IMG/VR virus record: IMGVR_UViG_3300037420_000837
Coordinates: 1 to 64,000 of that record
Length of the DNA stretch: 64,000 nucleotides
Strand: one strand, 5' to 3'
Origin: a virus
Positions 44,409-52,291 of this stretch are shown in pieces. The number at the start of each line of letters is the position of its first letter. Within the stretch, counting starts at the first letter, position 1. Under the pieces are notes generated by a model that was not told the DNA's origin, ran no database searches, and worked only from the letters and a program-made list of their open reading frames with translations. The translations under genes were made by a program, and so were the position numbers.

Positions 44409-44906
44409 TTGGCCTCAAGAAGCTTTTACAAAACAGAATGTCCTAACATACTTACGGCGGCTCGTCGCGCACGACAAGACGAGATTGAAGAAGTTGTAGT
44501 GGACAAGAAGGTGCTGGCGGCGTTCAAGCGACGGGCGCTCAAGGCGTTCCCTAATGAGTACATTGAGACGATTTGGGGATATATTCGAGGGAGCACCGCT
44601 TACATAGTCGTCTTTCATGCCATGGAGCATGAAGGCAAGAAGGACCGAATCCTTGTCGAGGATGGCTACGAGCACTCCGAGGATGAAGTCTTTCACGACA
44701 AACTGCAGCTCCTAGGCACCATCCATACCCACCCGGGGACTGATTCTATTCCCTTCCCCAGCGAGACCGACTGGGATACCCACCAAGACGAACAAGAGCA
44801 CCTCATGGGAATCCTCGCGATTAACAAGCGAGGGCAGCGGAGATTCACCTCCGTCAATTTCTTCGGCTCAACGAAGACCCCAGTAGCTCTGACGATAGCA
44901 GAGTAG
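44409..44906 (+). CDS. JAB/MPN (JAMM) metallopeptidase domain protein
   Basis: HAMEHEG...IHTHPGTDSIPFPSETD = E..HxH(x7)S(x2)D JAMM motif; true start may be downstream (about 44499). Confidence 0.55.
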   Translation: MASRSFYKTECPNILTAARRARQDEIEEVVVDKKVLAAFKRRALKAFPNEYIETIWGYIRGSTAYIVVFHAMEHEGKKDRILVEDGYEHSEDEVFHDKLQLLGTIHTHPGTDSIPFPSETDWDTHQDEQEHLMGILAINKRGQRRFTSVNFFGSTKTPVALTIAE

Positions 44907-44907
44907 A

Positions 44908-47364
44908 TTGCCCAAGACAGTTAAAGACACCCCCGGTTGTGAAGGTTGTCCAATGGCTCGGAAGTTTCCGGGCAATACCTTTGTTGCGCCTACGGTGCCC
45001 GTCAAGAGTGAGCTGATTGTGATTGCAGAGGCTCCGGGCGAAGAGGAGCAGCTCCAAGGGGCTCCGCTAGTGGGGGGCTCCGGACGAACCTTCGATGCGC
45101 TGGCCAAGAAGGCTGGCCTCAAACGCGAGGAGATGACGGTTGTTAACTGTATCAACTGTCGCCCTCCGAACAACATCTTTCCTACAGACCCAGATGCCAA
45201 GAGCTACATCTCCAAGGCCGAGGCTGACCAAGCAGTTAGCCAGTGCCTCAAGAACCACGTCGAGCCAGTTCTCAAAGGGCGGAAGTACAAGAAAGCTATC
45301 CTCCTCGGAGACAAAGCGCTTCGTTATATTGCTGGGAAGGAGGGCATCGGCACGTGGAGGGGGAGTCCTCTTCCCATCCCATCTCTTGGCCCCAAGCCCT
45401 TGGCTGTCCCCACGCTACACCCAGCTTACTTGATGCGTGAGCAGGAGATGATTCCTGTGGTCATCAATGACCTTGGGAAGAGTCTAGACGTAACTCCAGA
45501 AAGGTACAACCTCTACCCTACGGTAGAGGATGTGGCGGCTTTCACAGCGCAGGAGTTCACCTTTGACATTGAGACTACCATTCCGAAATCTCGTGACGAA
45601 GCCCCGATTGTACTTCTTGTTGGGCTTACCGCGAAGGATTGTGAAGGAATCGTGGTTCCTTTTCGCGGTGCTTATGTACGCGAGCTGCGTCGTATCTTTG
45701 GACAAGCTAAAGCTGTCACAGGTCACAATTGTATCCAGTTCGACCTGCCAATACTGCGACACTATGGAATCTTCCCTGACGACGACTGTGTCGTCTGGGA
45801 TACGATGTTGCTGCACCACCTGCGGTTCCCCAATCTCCCTCACGACTTGGAGTTCGTCGGGAGTCAATTCTGTCACAAGCCCGCATGGAAACATGACAAG
45901 GTCTCTTTTGAAACATATTGTGCTAGGGACGTTGACGTCACCCATCAGGCTGCTAAGGAACTGCGTCAGCTCATCCGCGAAGAAGGGCTTGAGAGACTCT
46001 ACCATCGTGTCCAAGTACCTCTAGCGAAGATATGTAAGTTGATGGAGGAGACGGGCTTCGCTATCAATGGAAGCCGGATTGAAAAGGTTCGAGAAGCGCT
46101 GCTGACTGAACAACAGGCCCTAGAGCAGAAGCTTCCCGTGCAGCTCAGGAGCTACGACAAGGAAGTCAAGAGGCGTGTGCTTGCACCGCCGGGAACGCTT
46201 GGTAAGAGTGGAAAGCCCGTCAAGTACACTACTGAACCTGCCGTTGAGCGTGTGACTCCTTGGCGTAGCCCTGAGATGAAGAAGAAGTTTCTCTACGGGC
46301 ACGAGGAACCTTGGCAGCTGGGTCTGGATGAGATTCTGGATGTCAAGACCGGACGAGTTACCACCGGCAAGATTGCCCTAGACAAACTCTTCCGCAAGTC
46401 CAAGAACTTTGCCATCCCCGCCCTCAAGAGGCTCAACGCAGTTGATGAACTTCTCACTACCTTCTGTTCCGAAGAGATGGCGACGACCGTCTCAAAGATG
46501 CACCCCCACTTCAATGTCCACGGCACTGCATCTGGACGCCTCTCGTCATCTGACCCTAATCTCCAGAACATTCCTGAATCCGCACGGTTCATCTATGTTC
46601 CTTCACGTCCGGGTTGGAAGATTATTGATGTCGACTACTCTCAAATCGAGAATCGCATCACGGCTTTTCTGGCTGGCGACAAGGAGCGGCTTAGAAGGTT
46701 TGAGGAGAATCCAGACTTTTCTGAGCACCGTTATGCGGCTTCCTTGTTTCTTGGAATACCGTACGAAGAAGTCGAGAAGGATAACGACAAAGACGCTCCG
46801 TACGGAAAGGCCAAGCGTATCGTTCACGGTACAAACTATGGCATGGGAGCCCTGAAGATTTCTAAGCTCTATGACATGGACTTGAAGGACACCAAGAACC
46901 TGCAGGCCACTTGGAAGGGAGCCATTCGGGAGACCATCAAATGGGGCGAGAGGACAGCACAGAGAGCCTACGACGACGGCGTGTTAGTGACCCCCTTCGG
47001 ACGCAAGAGGTGGTTCTATACGAATTCGTACTACACGGAATCGCTCTCGTTTATTCCACAATCCACCGCTGCCGACATTATCTATCGCGCTATGCTTGCG
47101 CTTATGCACGAGCGTATCGGGTGGCCCAAAGAGCGGCTCGCAGGGATTGTGAATGTTGTCGAGCCCTTGCCGGAGCCCGCGAGGTTACTGATTCAGGTGC
47201 ACGACTCGTTGGTTTTCGAGTGTCCGAATGAGATGGTGGACAAGGTTTGTCTGACCATCAAGACGGTCATGGAGCAGCCGTGGCCGGAGTTGAAAGGCTT
47301 CAAGATTCCGATTGGTATCAAGGTCGGAGAATCTTGGGGCGAAGCGGAGAAGTATGTCGTCTAG
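44908..47364 (+). CDS. DNA polymerase, family A, with N-terminal family-4 UDG-like domain and 3'-5' exonuclease domain
   Basis: UDG-like: CEGC, IVIAEAPGEEE, LVGGSGRTFD, NCINCRPPNN; exo: FTFDIETT, GHNCIQFDLPIL, YCARDV; pol motifs A DYSQIENR, B KRIVHGTNYGMG, C QVHDSLVFE; TTG start. Confidence 0.85.
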   Translation: MPKTVKDTPGCEGCPMARKFPGNTFVAPTVPVKSELIVIAEAPGEEEQLQGAPLVGGSGRTFDALAKKAGLKREEMTVVNCINCRPPNNIFPTDPDAKSYISKAEADQAVSQCLKNHVEPVLKGRKYKKAILLGDKALRYIAGKEGIGTWRGSPLPIPSLGPKPLAVPTLHPAYLMREQEMIPVVINDLGKSLDVTPERYNLYPTVEDVAAFTAQEFTFDIETTIPKSRDEAPIVLLVGLTAKDCEGIVVPFRGAYVRELRRIFGQAKAVTGHNCIQFDLPILRHYGIFPDDDCVVWDTMLLHHLRFPNLPHDLEFVGSQFCHKPAWKHDKVSFETYCARDVDVTHQAAKELRQLIREEGLERLYHRVQVPLAKICKLMEETGFAINGSRIEKVREALLTEQQALEQKLPVQLRSYDKEVKRRVLAPPGTLGKSGKPVKYTTEPAVERVTPWRSPEMKKKFLYGHEEPWQLGLDEILDVKTGRVTTGKIALDKLFRKSKNFAIPALKRLNAVDELLTTFCSEEMATTVSKMHPHFNVHGTASGRLSSSDPNLQNIPESARFIYVPSRPGWKIIDVDYSQIENRITAFLAGDKERLRRFEENPDFSEHRYAASLFLGIPYEEVEKDNDKDAPYGKAKRIVHGTNYGMGALKISKLYDMDLKDTKNLQATWKGAIRETIKWGERTAQRAYDDGVLVTPFGRKRWFYTNSYYTESLSFIPQSTAADIIYRAMLALMHERIGWPKERLAGIVNVVEPLPEPARLLIQVHDSLVFECPNEMVDKVCLTIKTVMEQPWPELKGFKIPIGIKVGESWGEAEKYVV

Positions 47365-47722
47365 GAAAGACCACAACGCGGATTGTCAAAAGATTCTCGG
47401 GCAGGAGTGTAACGAGGTAAACGCGTGGTTGGATGACGCGTTTAGGAAGTTCGGCCCTCGTCACAGATTTGTGAAGCATCACTGGGAAGGCGTGGCCAAG
47501 GCTGAGGAGTTGTTTGGTGAGACCGGCAAACAAGCGGCCATCATCCACATCCTCCGAGACTGCGGCCACATCCCCAGCGCAAAGGACTACGAGGATGGGA
47601 CGGTAGATGTCCTCGGGTTCAAGCAAGATGACGGGGAGTATTTCATCGGCCACTGGGATGCAATTGCGTTCCGAAAAGCCGTGAGCGAACACATCCCGTC
47701 CCTAGAAATTAAGTCCGTATAG
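47354..47722 (+). CDS. hypothetical protein
   Basis: ATG overlaps pol stop; stop TAG lies inside motif copy 47720-47741. Confidence 0.4.
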   Translation: MSSRKDHNADCQKILGQECNEVNAWLDDAFRKFGPRHRFVKHHWEGVAKAEELFGETGKQAAIIHILRDCGHIPSAKDYEDGTVDVLGFKQDDGEYFIGHWDAIAFRKAVSEHIPSLEIKSV

Positions 47723-47741
47723 GGGGCTTTTATGTCTGATG
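47720..47741 (-). repeat. 25-nt motif copy (reverse), left arm of inverted pair
   Basis: TAGGGGGCTTTTATGTCTGATG. Confidence 0.85.
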
Positions 47742-47872
47742 CCAAAGTGAGTGAGACCCAGATTTATCCCTGCCCAGCTTGTGGGCAGGATGCCTTTGTG
47801 CTCTTGGAGACCTCCGAGACGCACGAGAAGATTCTCGGGTGCCATCATTGCGGGTATCAGGAGGCCCTCTAA
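47732..47872 (+). CDS. mini zinc-ribbon protein (46 aa) enclosed by inverted motif pair
   Basis: CPACG...CHHCG; ATG is part of the motif copy (GGGGGCTTTTATGTCTGATG). Confidence 0.4.
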   Translation: MSDAKVSETQIYPCPACGQDAFVLLETSETHEKILGCHHCGYQEAL

Positions 47873-47897
47873 CATCAGACCTTAATAGCCCCCTTAG
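47873..47897 (+). repeat. 25-nt motif copy, right arm of inverted pair
   Basis: CATCAGACCTTAATAGCCCCCTTAG. Confidence 0.85.
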
Positions 47898-47956
47898 TGT
47901 TACAATCCCTCCCTTTTGCACGTCCTATATCCCACAGGAGTACCCACCTAAATAAA

Positions 47957-48280
47957 ATGAATATCAAAGCGGGCGATTTAATGTTTGTCAAAACCTCAGA
48001 GGAACTTGGGCAGGTCATGTCAGTTGACGAGACCGACAAGCCCACCAGCGGCTTTAGTGCGTATCGAGTGATGCTGAAGGTTCCGAAGATGACCCACGAG
48101 AACGGCATCCAGTATCAATCTGACTTCTTCTATCCCGAGGAGCTGGAGACCCGTCAGGAACGGGCCAAGCGGTTCTACGAGGAGATGTTCGAGGAGCCCA
48201 CGCCCACGAAGCTGAAAGCCTCCGAGACCATCGACAAGATGTTTGGCACACCTGTCAAGAAGGAAGACCTGAAGAACTAA
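47957..48280 (+). CDS. hypothetical protein
   Basis: 108 aa from internal ATG 47957 of ORF 47897. Confidence 0.45.
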   Translation: MNIKAGDLMFVKTSEELGQVMSVDETDKPTSGFSAYRVMLKVPKMTHENGIQYQSDFFYPEELETRQERAKRFYEEMFEEPTPTKLKASETIDKMFGTPVKKEDLKN

Positions 48281-49423
48281 GTGAAAATCGAGAACCTTCT
48301 CCCGAAGGAGTCTTGGTTCCGCAAGTACATGCAGCTTTGGCCGACCAGCGAGCCCCCTGAGAGTTTCATTCTGTTCGCAGCAATGAGTGTCTTTGGGGCT
48401 TGCCTCGGCAGGCGAGTCTGGTTCGACCAAGACGTTCACACTATCTATCCCATGATGAGCACCCTGCTCATCGGGCCCTCCGGCACCGGCAAGTCCACCT
48501 CCGCCAAGATGGCCTTCAAGCTCGTCAAGAGTCTCCCTAAAGAAGAACAGCCCCAGATTATCGCTGGGGCTGCAACGCCTGAGAAGCTTCACGATGACCT
48601 GAGGATGAACCCTCATGCCATTCTGTTTGCCTCGGAGCTGGCGAACTTCTTCACGAGGCAGAAGTACATGGAGGGAATGATTCCGTATGTCACGCAACTC
48701 CTCGACTACGAAGACAAGCTTGAGCGGAGAACCATCGGCGGGGGTATTGTCGAGATTGAACGACCTAGCGTCACAGTTCTCGGATGCTCTACTTCAGAGT
48801 GGCTACAAGACCAACTCCCTGACACAGCAACTTCCGGAGGCTTTCTGGCAAGGTTTCTTATTGTTCATGAAGAACATAAGAGTAAGTCTGTTGCCCTGCC
48901 CGGACGAGCCCTCAGTGTCAAGCAACGCGAGAAGTTAGAAGACAAACGCAAGGAGGCCTTCGATGAGTTCAGGGCACTGGTTACACAGAATGTCGGAAGC
49001 TGTGTGTTCGACAATCGAGAGGTGGATGACACCTACACCCAGTGGTACGACTCTCACAAGCCTGCCTCCGGACACCTTGCTCCGTTCGCTGCACGAGCAG
49101 GTGAGTATGTCTTACGACTGGCCGTCATCCTCGCTGTCTCCTGTGACCGGACCATCATCACTGCAGACGACATCAAGTCAGCCATCGCCCTCTACAAGCT
49201 CACGGAACGAAAGCTCCAAGAAGTAATCGTGCCAATGAGCCCGCAGGGCAAGCTGCTGGCGAAGGTGTTGGAGGCCGTAGGAACCGATGCAGTCACGGAC
49301 ACCCAAGTCCGCAGGGCCATGCGGAATCACTGCACAGCTCAGGATGCCGACCGGCTCATCGAGTCCCTCCTCAAATCAGGAGACCTCAGACGTGGTGTCG
49401 ACCAAAAACTCTACAAAGTGTAA
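48281..49423 (+). CDS. P-loop NTPase (DUF3987-like / primase-helicase-associated ATPase, putative)
   Basis: LLIGPSGTGKSTS Walker A, GGFLARFLIV; GTG start abuts upstream stop. Confidence 0.5.
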   Translation: MKIENLLPKESWFRKYMQLWPTSEPPESFILFAAMSVFGACLGRRVWFDQDVHTIYPMMSTLLIGPSGTGKSTSAKMAFKLVKSLPKEEQPQIIAGAATPEKLHDDLRMNPHAILFASELANFFTRQKYMEGMIPYVTQLLDYEDKLERRTIGGGIVEIERPSVTVLGCSTSEWLQDQLPDTATSGGFLARFLIVHEEHKSKSVALPGRALSVKQREKLEDKRKEAFDEFRALVTQNVGSCVFDNREVDDTYTQWYDSHKPASGHLAPFAARAGEYVLRLAVILAVSCDRTIITADDIKSAIALYKLTERKLQEVIVPMSPQGKLLAKVLEAVGTDAVTDTQVRRAMRNHCTAQDADRLIESLLKSGDLRRGVDQKLYKV

Positions 49424-49522
49424 GGAGTGCGGGAGGAGCTATCCTCCCCACCCTTACGGAAACCTCTGCAAGGGATGCTACAAAAAGATTGTCGCTCCCC
49501 TGTTCAGGGCGAAAGGAATAAA

Positions 49523-49816
49523 GTGAGCATCATCTGGAGCCTTTTAGTAGTGGCTGTAGTGTCCTACCTCCAGAGCATACTCTTCACTTGGCAATCGCGG
49601 GCGCGGAATCAGAATGACGTAGACTTCTTCGTCAAGGCTAATATCTGCGCCAACATTGCGTGGTACATCAATCAGGTTACGGTAATCTCAACCATCTTCC
49701 ACGCGTTGACAACCGGCAGCCTCTGGCAAGTAGTCCTGACAGGTGTGGTCTACATCGTCTCTACAAGCCACTCAGCGACCGTCACGATGAAATACCTCAT
49801 CAAGCACGGACGCTAA
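49523..49816 (+). CDS. small membrane protein
   Basis: 3 TM helices; GTG start after AAAGGAATAAA. Confidence 0.4.
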   Translation: MSIIWSLLVVAVVSYLQSILFTWQSRARNQNDVDFFVKANICANIAWYINQVTVISTIFHALTTGSLWQVVLTGVVYIVSTSHSATVTMKYLIKHGR

Positions 49817-49842
49817 TCCCACCTCAAGGTAGCACCCAAAGA

Positions 49843-50619
49843 TTGAAAATTCTTTTCTTAGATATTGAAACTCTCCCGAACCTTGGCTGGACATGGGCGA
49901 AGTATGAGCAGGATGTCATCAGATTCAAGCAGGAGACCTGCATTGCGACCTATGCCGCCAAGTGGCTCGGCGGTCCTGTGTTTGCCAAGGCGCTTCCGGA
50001 CTACAAGGGCTACAAGCCCGGGAGCTATGACGACAAGGCTTTGGTTCAAGACCTGCATAAGTTGTTGGAGGAAGCGGATGTGGTTGTGGCCCACAACGGC
50101 GTGGACTTCGACATGAAGGTTATCAACAGCCGCTTTCTGTTCCACGGCATCAAGCCACCGGCCCCCTACAAGGTGGTTGATACCAAACGCGAGGCCAAGA
50201 AGGTCGCACGCTTTAACTCGAACAAGCTCGATGACCTCGGGGGATTGCTCGGAGAAGGCAAGAAAATCAAGACCGACTTCGACCTCTGGCTGGGCTGTAT
50301 CAACGGTGACAAGGCCTCGTGGAACAAGATGGTCAAGTACAACAAGCAGGATGTGTTGCTGCTTGAGAAGGTCTACATGCGCCTCAGGCCGTGGATGAAC
50401 AGCCACCCGAATCTGGCCTTGACGAATCCCAAGGCCAAGTGTGGCAAGTGCGGAAGTGCGCATATTCAGTGGCGGGGGACTGCAGTTACGACCACCCGGA
50501 GCTACGCAAGGTTCCAGTGTCAGGACTGTGGAGGTTGGGGGAGAGCAACCAAGGCAACAGGCAAGCAGCAGGAGCTGGCTCCTAGCGTGCCCAAGAAAGT
50601 GAAGAGACGTGGAAAGTAG
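49843..50619 (+). CDS. DnaQ-like (DEDDh) 3'-5' exonuclease with C-terminal zinc ribbon
   Basis: FLDIET (exo I), HNGVDFDMKVI (exo II), YNKQDVLLLEKVY (exo III), CGKCGS...CQDCGG; TTG start. Confidence 0.65.
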   Translation: MKILFLDIETLPNLGWTWAKYEQDVIRFKQETCIATYAAKWLGGPVFAKALPDYKGYKPGSYDDKALVQDLHKLLEEADVVVAHNGVDFDMKVINSRFLFHGIKPPAPYKVVDTKREAKKVARFNSNKLDDLGGLLGEGKKIKTDFDLWLGCINGDKASWNKMVKYNKQDVLLLEKVYMRLRPWMNSHPNLALTNPKAKCGKCGSAHIQWRGTAVTTTRSYARFQCQDCGGWGRATKATGKQQELAPSVPKKVKRRGK

Positions 50620-50935
50620 AGACCTCCAAGCGGAGGAGAAGACAGTCTATGAAGGCGGTTCGACAAGAACCAAGCTGGATGTCCGATACGAACTCATCCC
50701 CAAGGAAGCCATTGATGCGCTGGCCCGCAGGCTTACCCTTGGAGCCGCCAAACACGGCGACCACAACTGGAAGGGCGGGGGCGAGGAGTTCCGCAAGGCG
50801 ACCATCAACCACCTGATGAAGCATCTCCTAGAGTACATGGAGAGCGGGAACCTGAAGGACGCCAACACAGATGCACTCATCTGTAACGCTGCGTTCCTTG
50901 CGTACTTCGAGGCTCAGAAACCTTACAAGCAATAA
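50609..50935 (+). CDS. dATP/dGTP pyrophosphohydrolase-like (MazG/DUF550-like) protein, putative
   Basis: DALARRLTLGAAKHGDHNWKGG resembles DUF550 N-terminal signature. Confidence 0.4.
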   Translation: MESRDLQAEEKTVYEGGSTRTKLDVRYELIPKEAIDALARRLTLGAAKHGDHNWKGGGEEFRKATINHLMKHLLEYMESGNLKDANTDALICNAAFLAYFEAQKPYKQ

Positions 50936-50940
50936 GAAAA

Positions 50941-50958
50941 GGCTCCCAATCGGGAGCC
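50941..50958. terminator. bidirectional hairpin between convergent genes
   Basis: GGCTCCC-AATC-GGGAGCC between 50935 (+ end) and 50963 (- end). Confidence 0.6.
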
Positions 50959-50962
50959 TAAT

Positions 50963-51796
50963 CTATTTCGGAAGCTTGTCTAGTTTACTTCGGACGGAGT
51001 CGTTGTCCGCAGGTGTTAAGTACAAAGCCGTTGTCTTCATATCCTTGTGGCCGAGTAGAGACTGCACCGTCCGCAGGTCAACCCCATTACGGAGCAACAA
51101 AGTCGCGTATGTATGACGCAGAGCGTGAAGCCCAATCCCATGAAAGCCAGCCAGATGCAACAGGCGCTTCCAGCGAGCCCGAAGAGTTCTCTCTGACGAG
51201 GTTCGCAGGATTGTATCCGGCGATTCCGCCTTTATCTGGCGCAGCAGCTCAAGCAAATCCGAGCGCAGCGGAACCGAGCGACCAACCTGAGTCTTCGATT
51301 GGTCTGCATCCAAAGTCAGAATCCCTGCATCCAAATCAAAGTTCCCCCAAGTAAGACGCACCATCTCCTTTGTGCGCAACCCCGTGGTCAGGCCGAGAAG
51401 TACTAAGGCCCTGTCTGCGGGGTTTTTTGCTGCCCCAAGAACCGCTTGGATAACCCTCTCGGGGATGGCCTTGCGCGGAGCTTGAGGCTCACGGAGCTTG
51501 CGGATGGAGCTCGCGGGGTTGAACGGGATATCCGGGTCGCGGTCTATCATCCAGTTCCAGAAGGCGCGAACTACGGTCACCTCGAAGTTGATGGTGCGGG
51601 TGGCAGCGCCGTCCCGCAAGCGGAGGATTTTGTAGTCCTCGATGTCCACGCGGAAGAAGTCCGCGACCCAGCGCTTCTCAGGGAAGCGAGAGAAGAAGTT
51701 GTCAAGGGCATCTGCATAGCGACGGGCAGTTGCTTTGGAGCTCGTCAGTTTGACGAAGTCCTCGTACTTGACGCGCATGTCATAAACTTTATTCAT
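50963..51796 (-). CDS. int: tyrosine recombinase/integrase
   Basis: C-terminal catalytic region LRHTYATLLLRNGVDLRTVQSLLGHKDMKTTALYLTPADND (R..HxxR...Y). Confidence 0.8.
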   Translation of the reverse strand: MNKVYDMRVKYEDFVKLTSSKATARRYADALDNFFSRFPEKRWVADFFRVDIEDYKILRLRDGAATRTINFEVTVVRAFWNWMIDRDPDIPFNPASSIRKLREPQAPRKAIPERVIQAVLGAAKNPADRALVLLGLTTGLRTKEMVRLTWGNFDLDAGILTLDADQSKTQVGRSVPLRSDLLELLRQIKAESPDTILRTSSERTLRARWKRLLHLAGFHGIGLHALRHTYATLLLRNGVDLRTVQSLLGHKDMKTTALYLTPADNDSVRSKLDKLPK

Positions 51797-52008
51797 AAGA
51801 AATCCGAACAGCTCAAGAAGAAACCACAGACTTCACAGTGAAGTTTGCAATGGCGTTCTTGGAGGGTGCCACACCCCGTTGGGCAGAAAAGGATGGCCGG
51901 GGGTGAGAGCCTTTCCTCTCGGCGTATTTCTGGAGATTCCATTTGCGGCGTTTGGGGAGTTTCTTGAGAGCTTCGCGACATTCTTTTATCAACGCTTTCT
52001 CCGGGCAA
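51793..52008 (-). CDS. small Cys-rich protein
   Basis: CPTGCG...HCKLHCEVCG. Confidence 0.3.
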   Translation of the reverse strand: MPGESVDKRMSRSSQETPQTPQMESPEIRREERLSPPAILFCPTGCGTLQERHCKLHCEVCGFFLSCSDFL

Positions 52009-52174
52009 TTGCCTTGTCTATGTCTTGACAGTGCCTGCCTAGCAAGAGGCCCGCACGCTCCATTAGCTTTTCGTTAGGCTCCAAGACGCGGATGACAACT
52101 TTCCTCTTTCGATATTCTAGCGTTATCTTAGCTTCTTCCAACTGTCCTCCCAAAAAGCAGAACCCCCCATCCAC
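51989..52174 (-). CDS. small basic protein (possible excisionase/regulator)
   Basis: 61 aa, upstream of integrase. Confidence 0.3.
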   Translation of the reverse strand: MDGGFCFLGGQLEEAKITLEYRKRKVVIRVLEPNEKLMERAGLLLGRHCQDIDKAIARRKR

Positions 52175-52291
52175 TGGGGACTGAGGGGTTCTTGACGGTC
52201 TAAGGCACCGAGATTCCTTGTCGGGTTTTAGATGCGTTCGACTCGAAGTACAAGCTGCTTGGCTTGTCTGATTATAAGACGCGCCGGTAGC

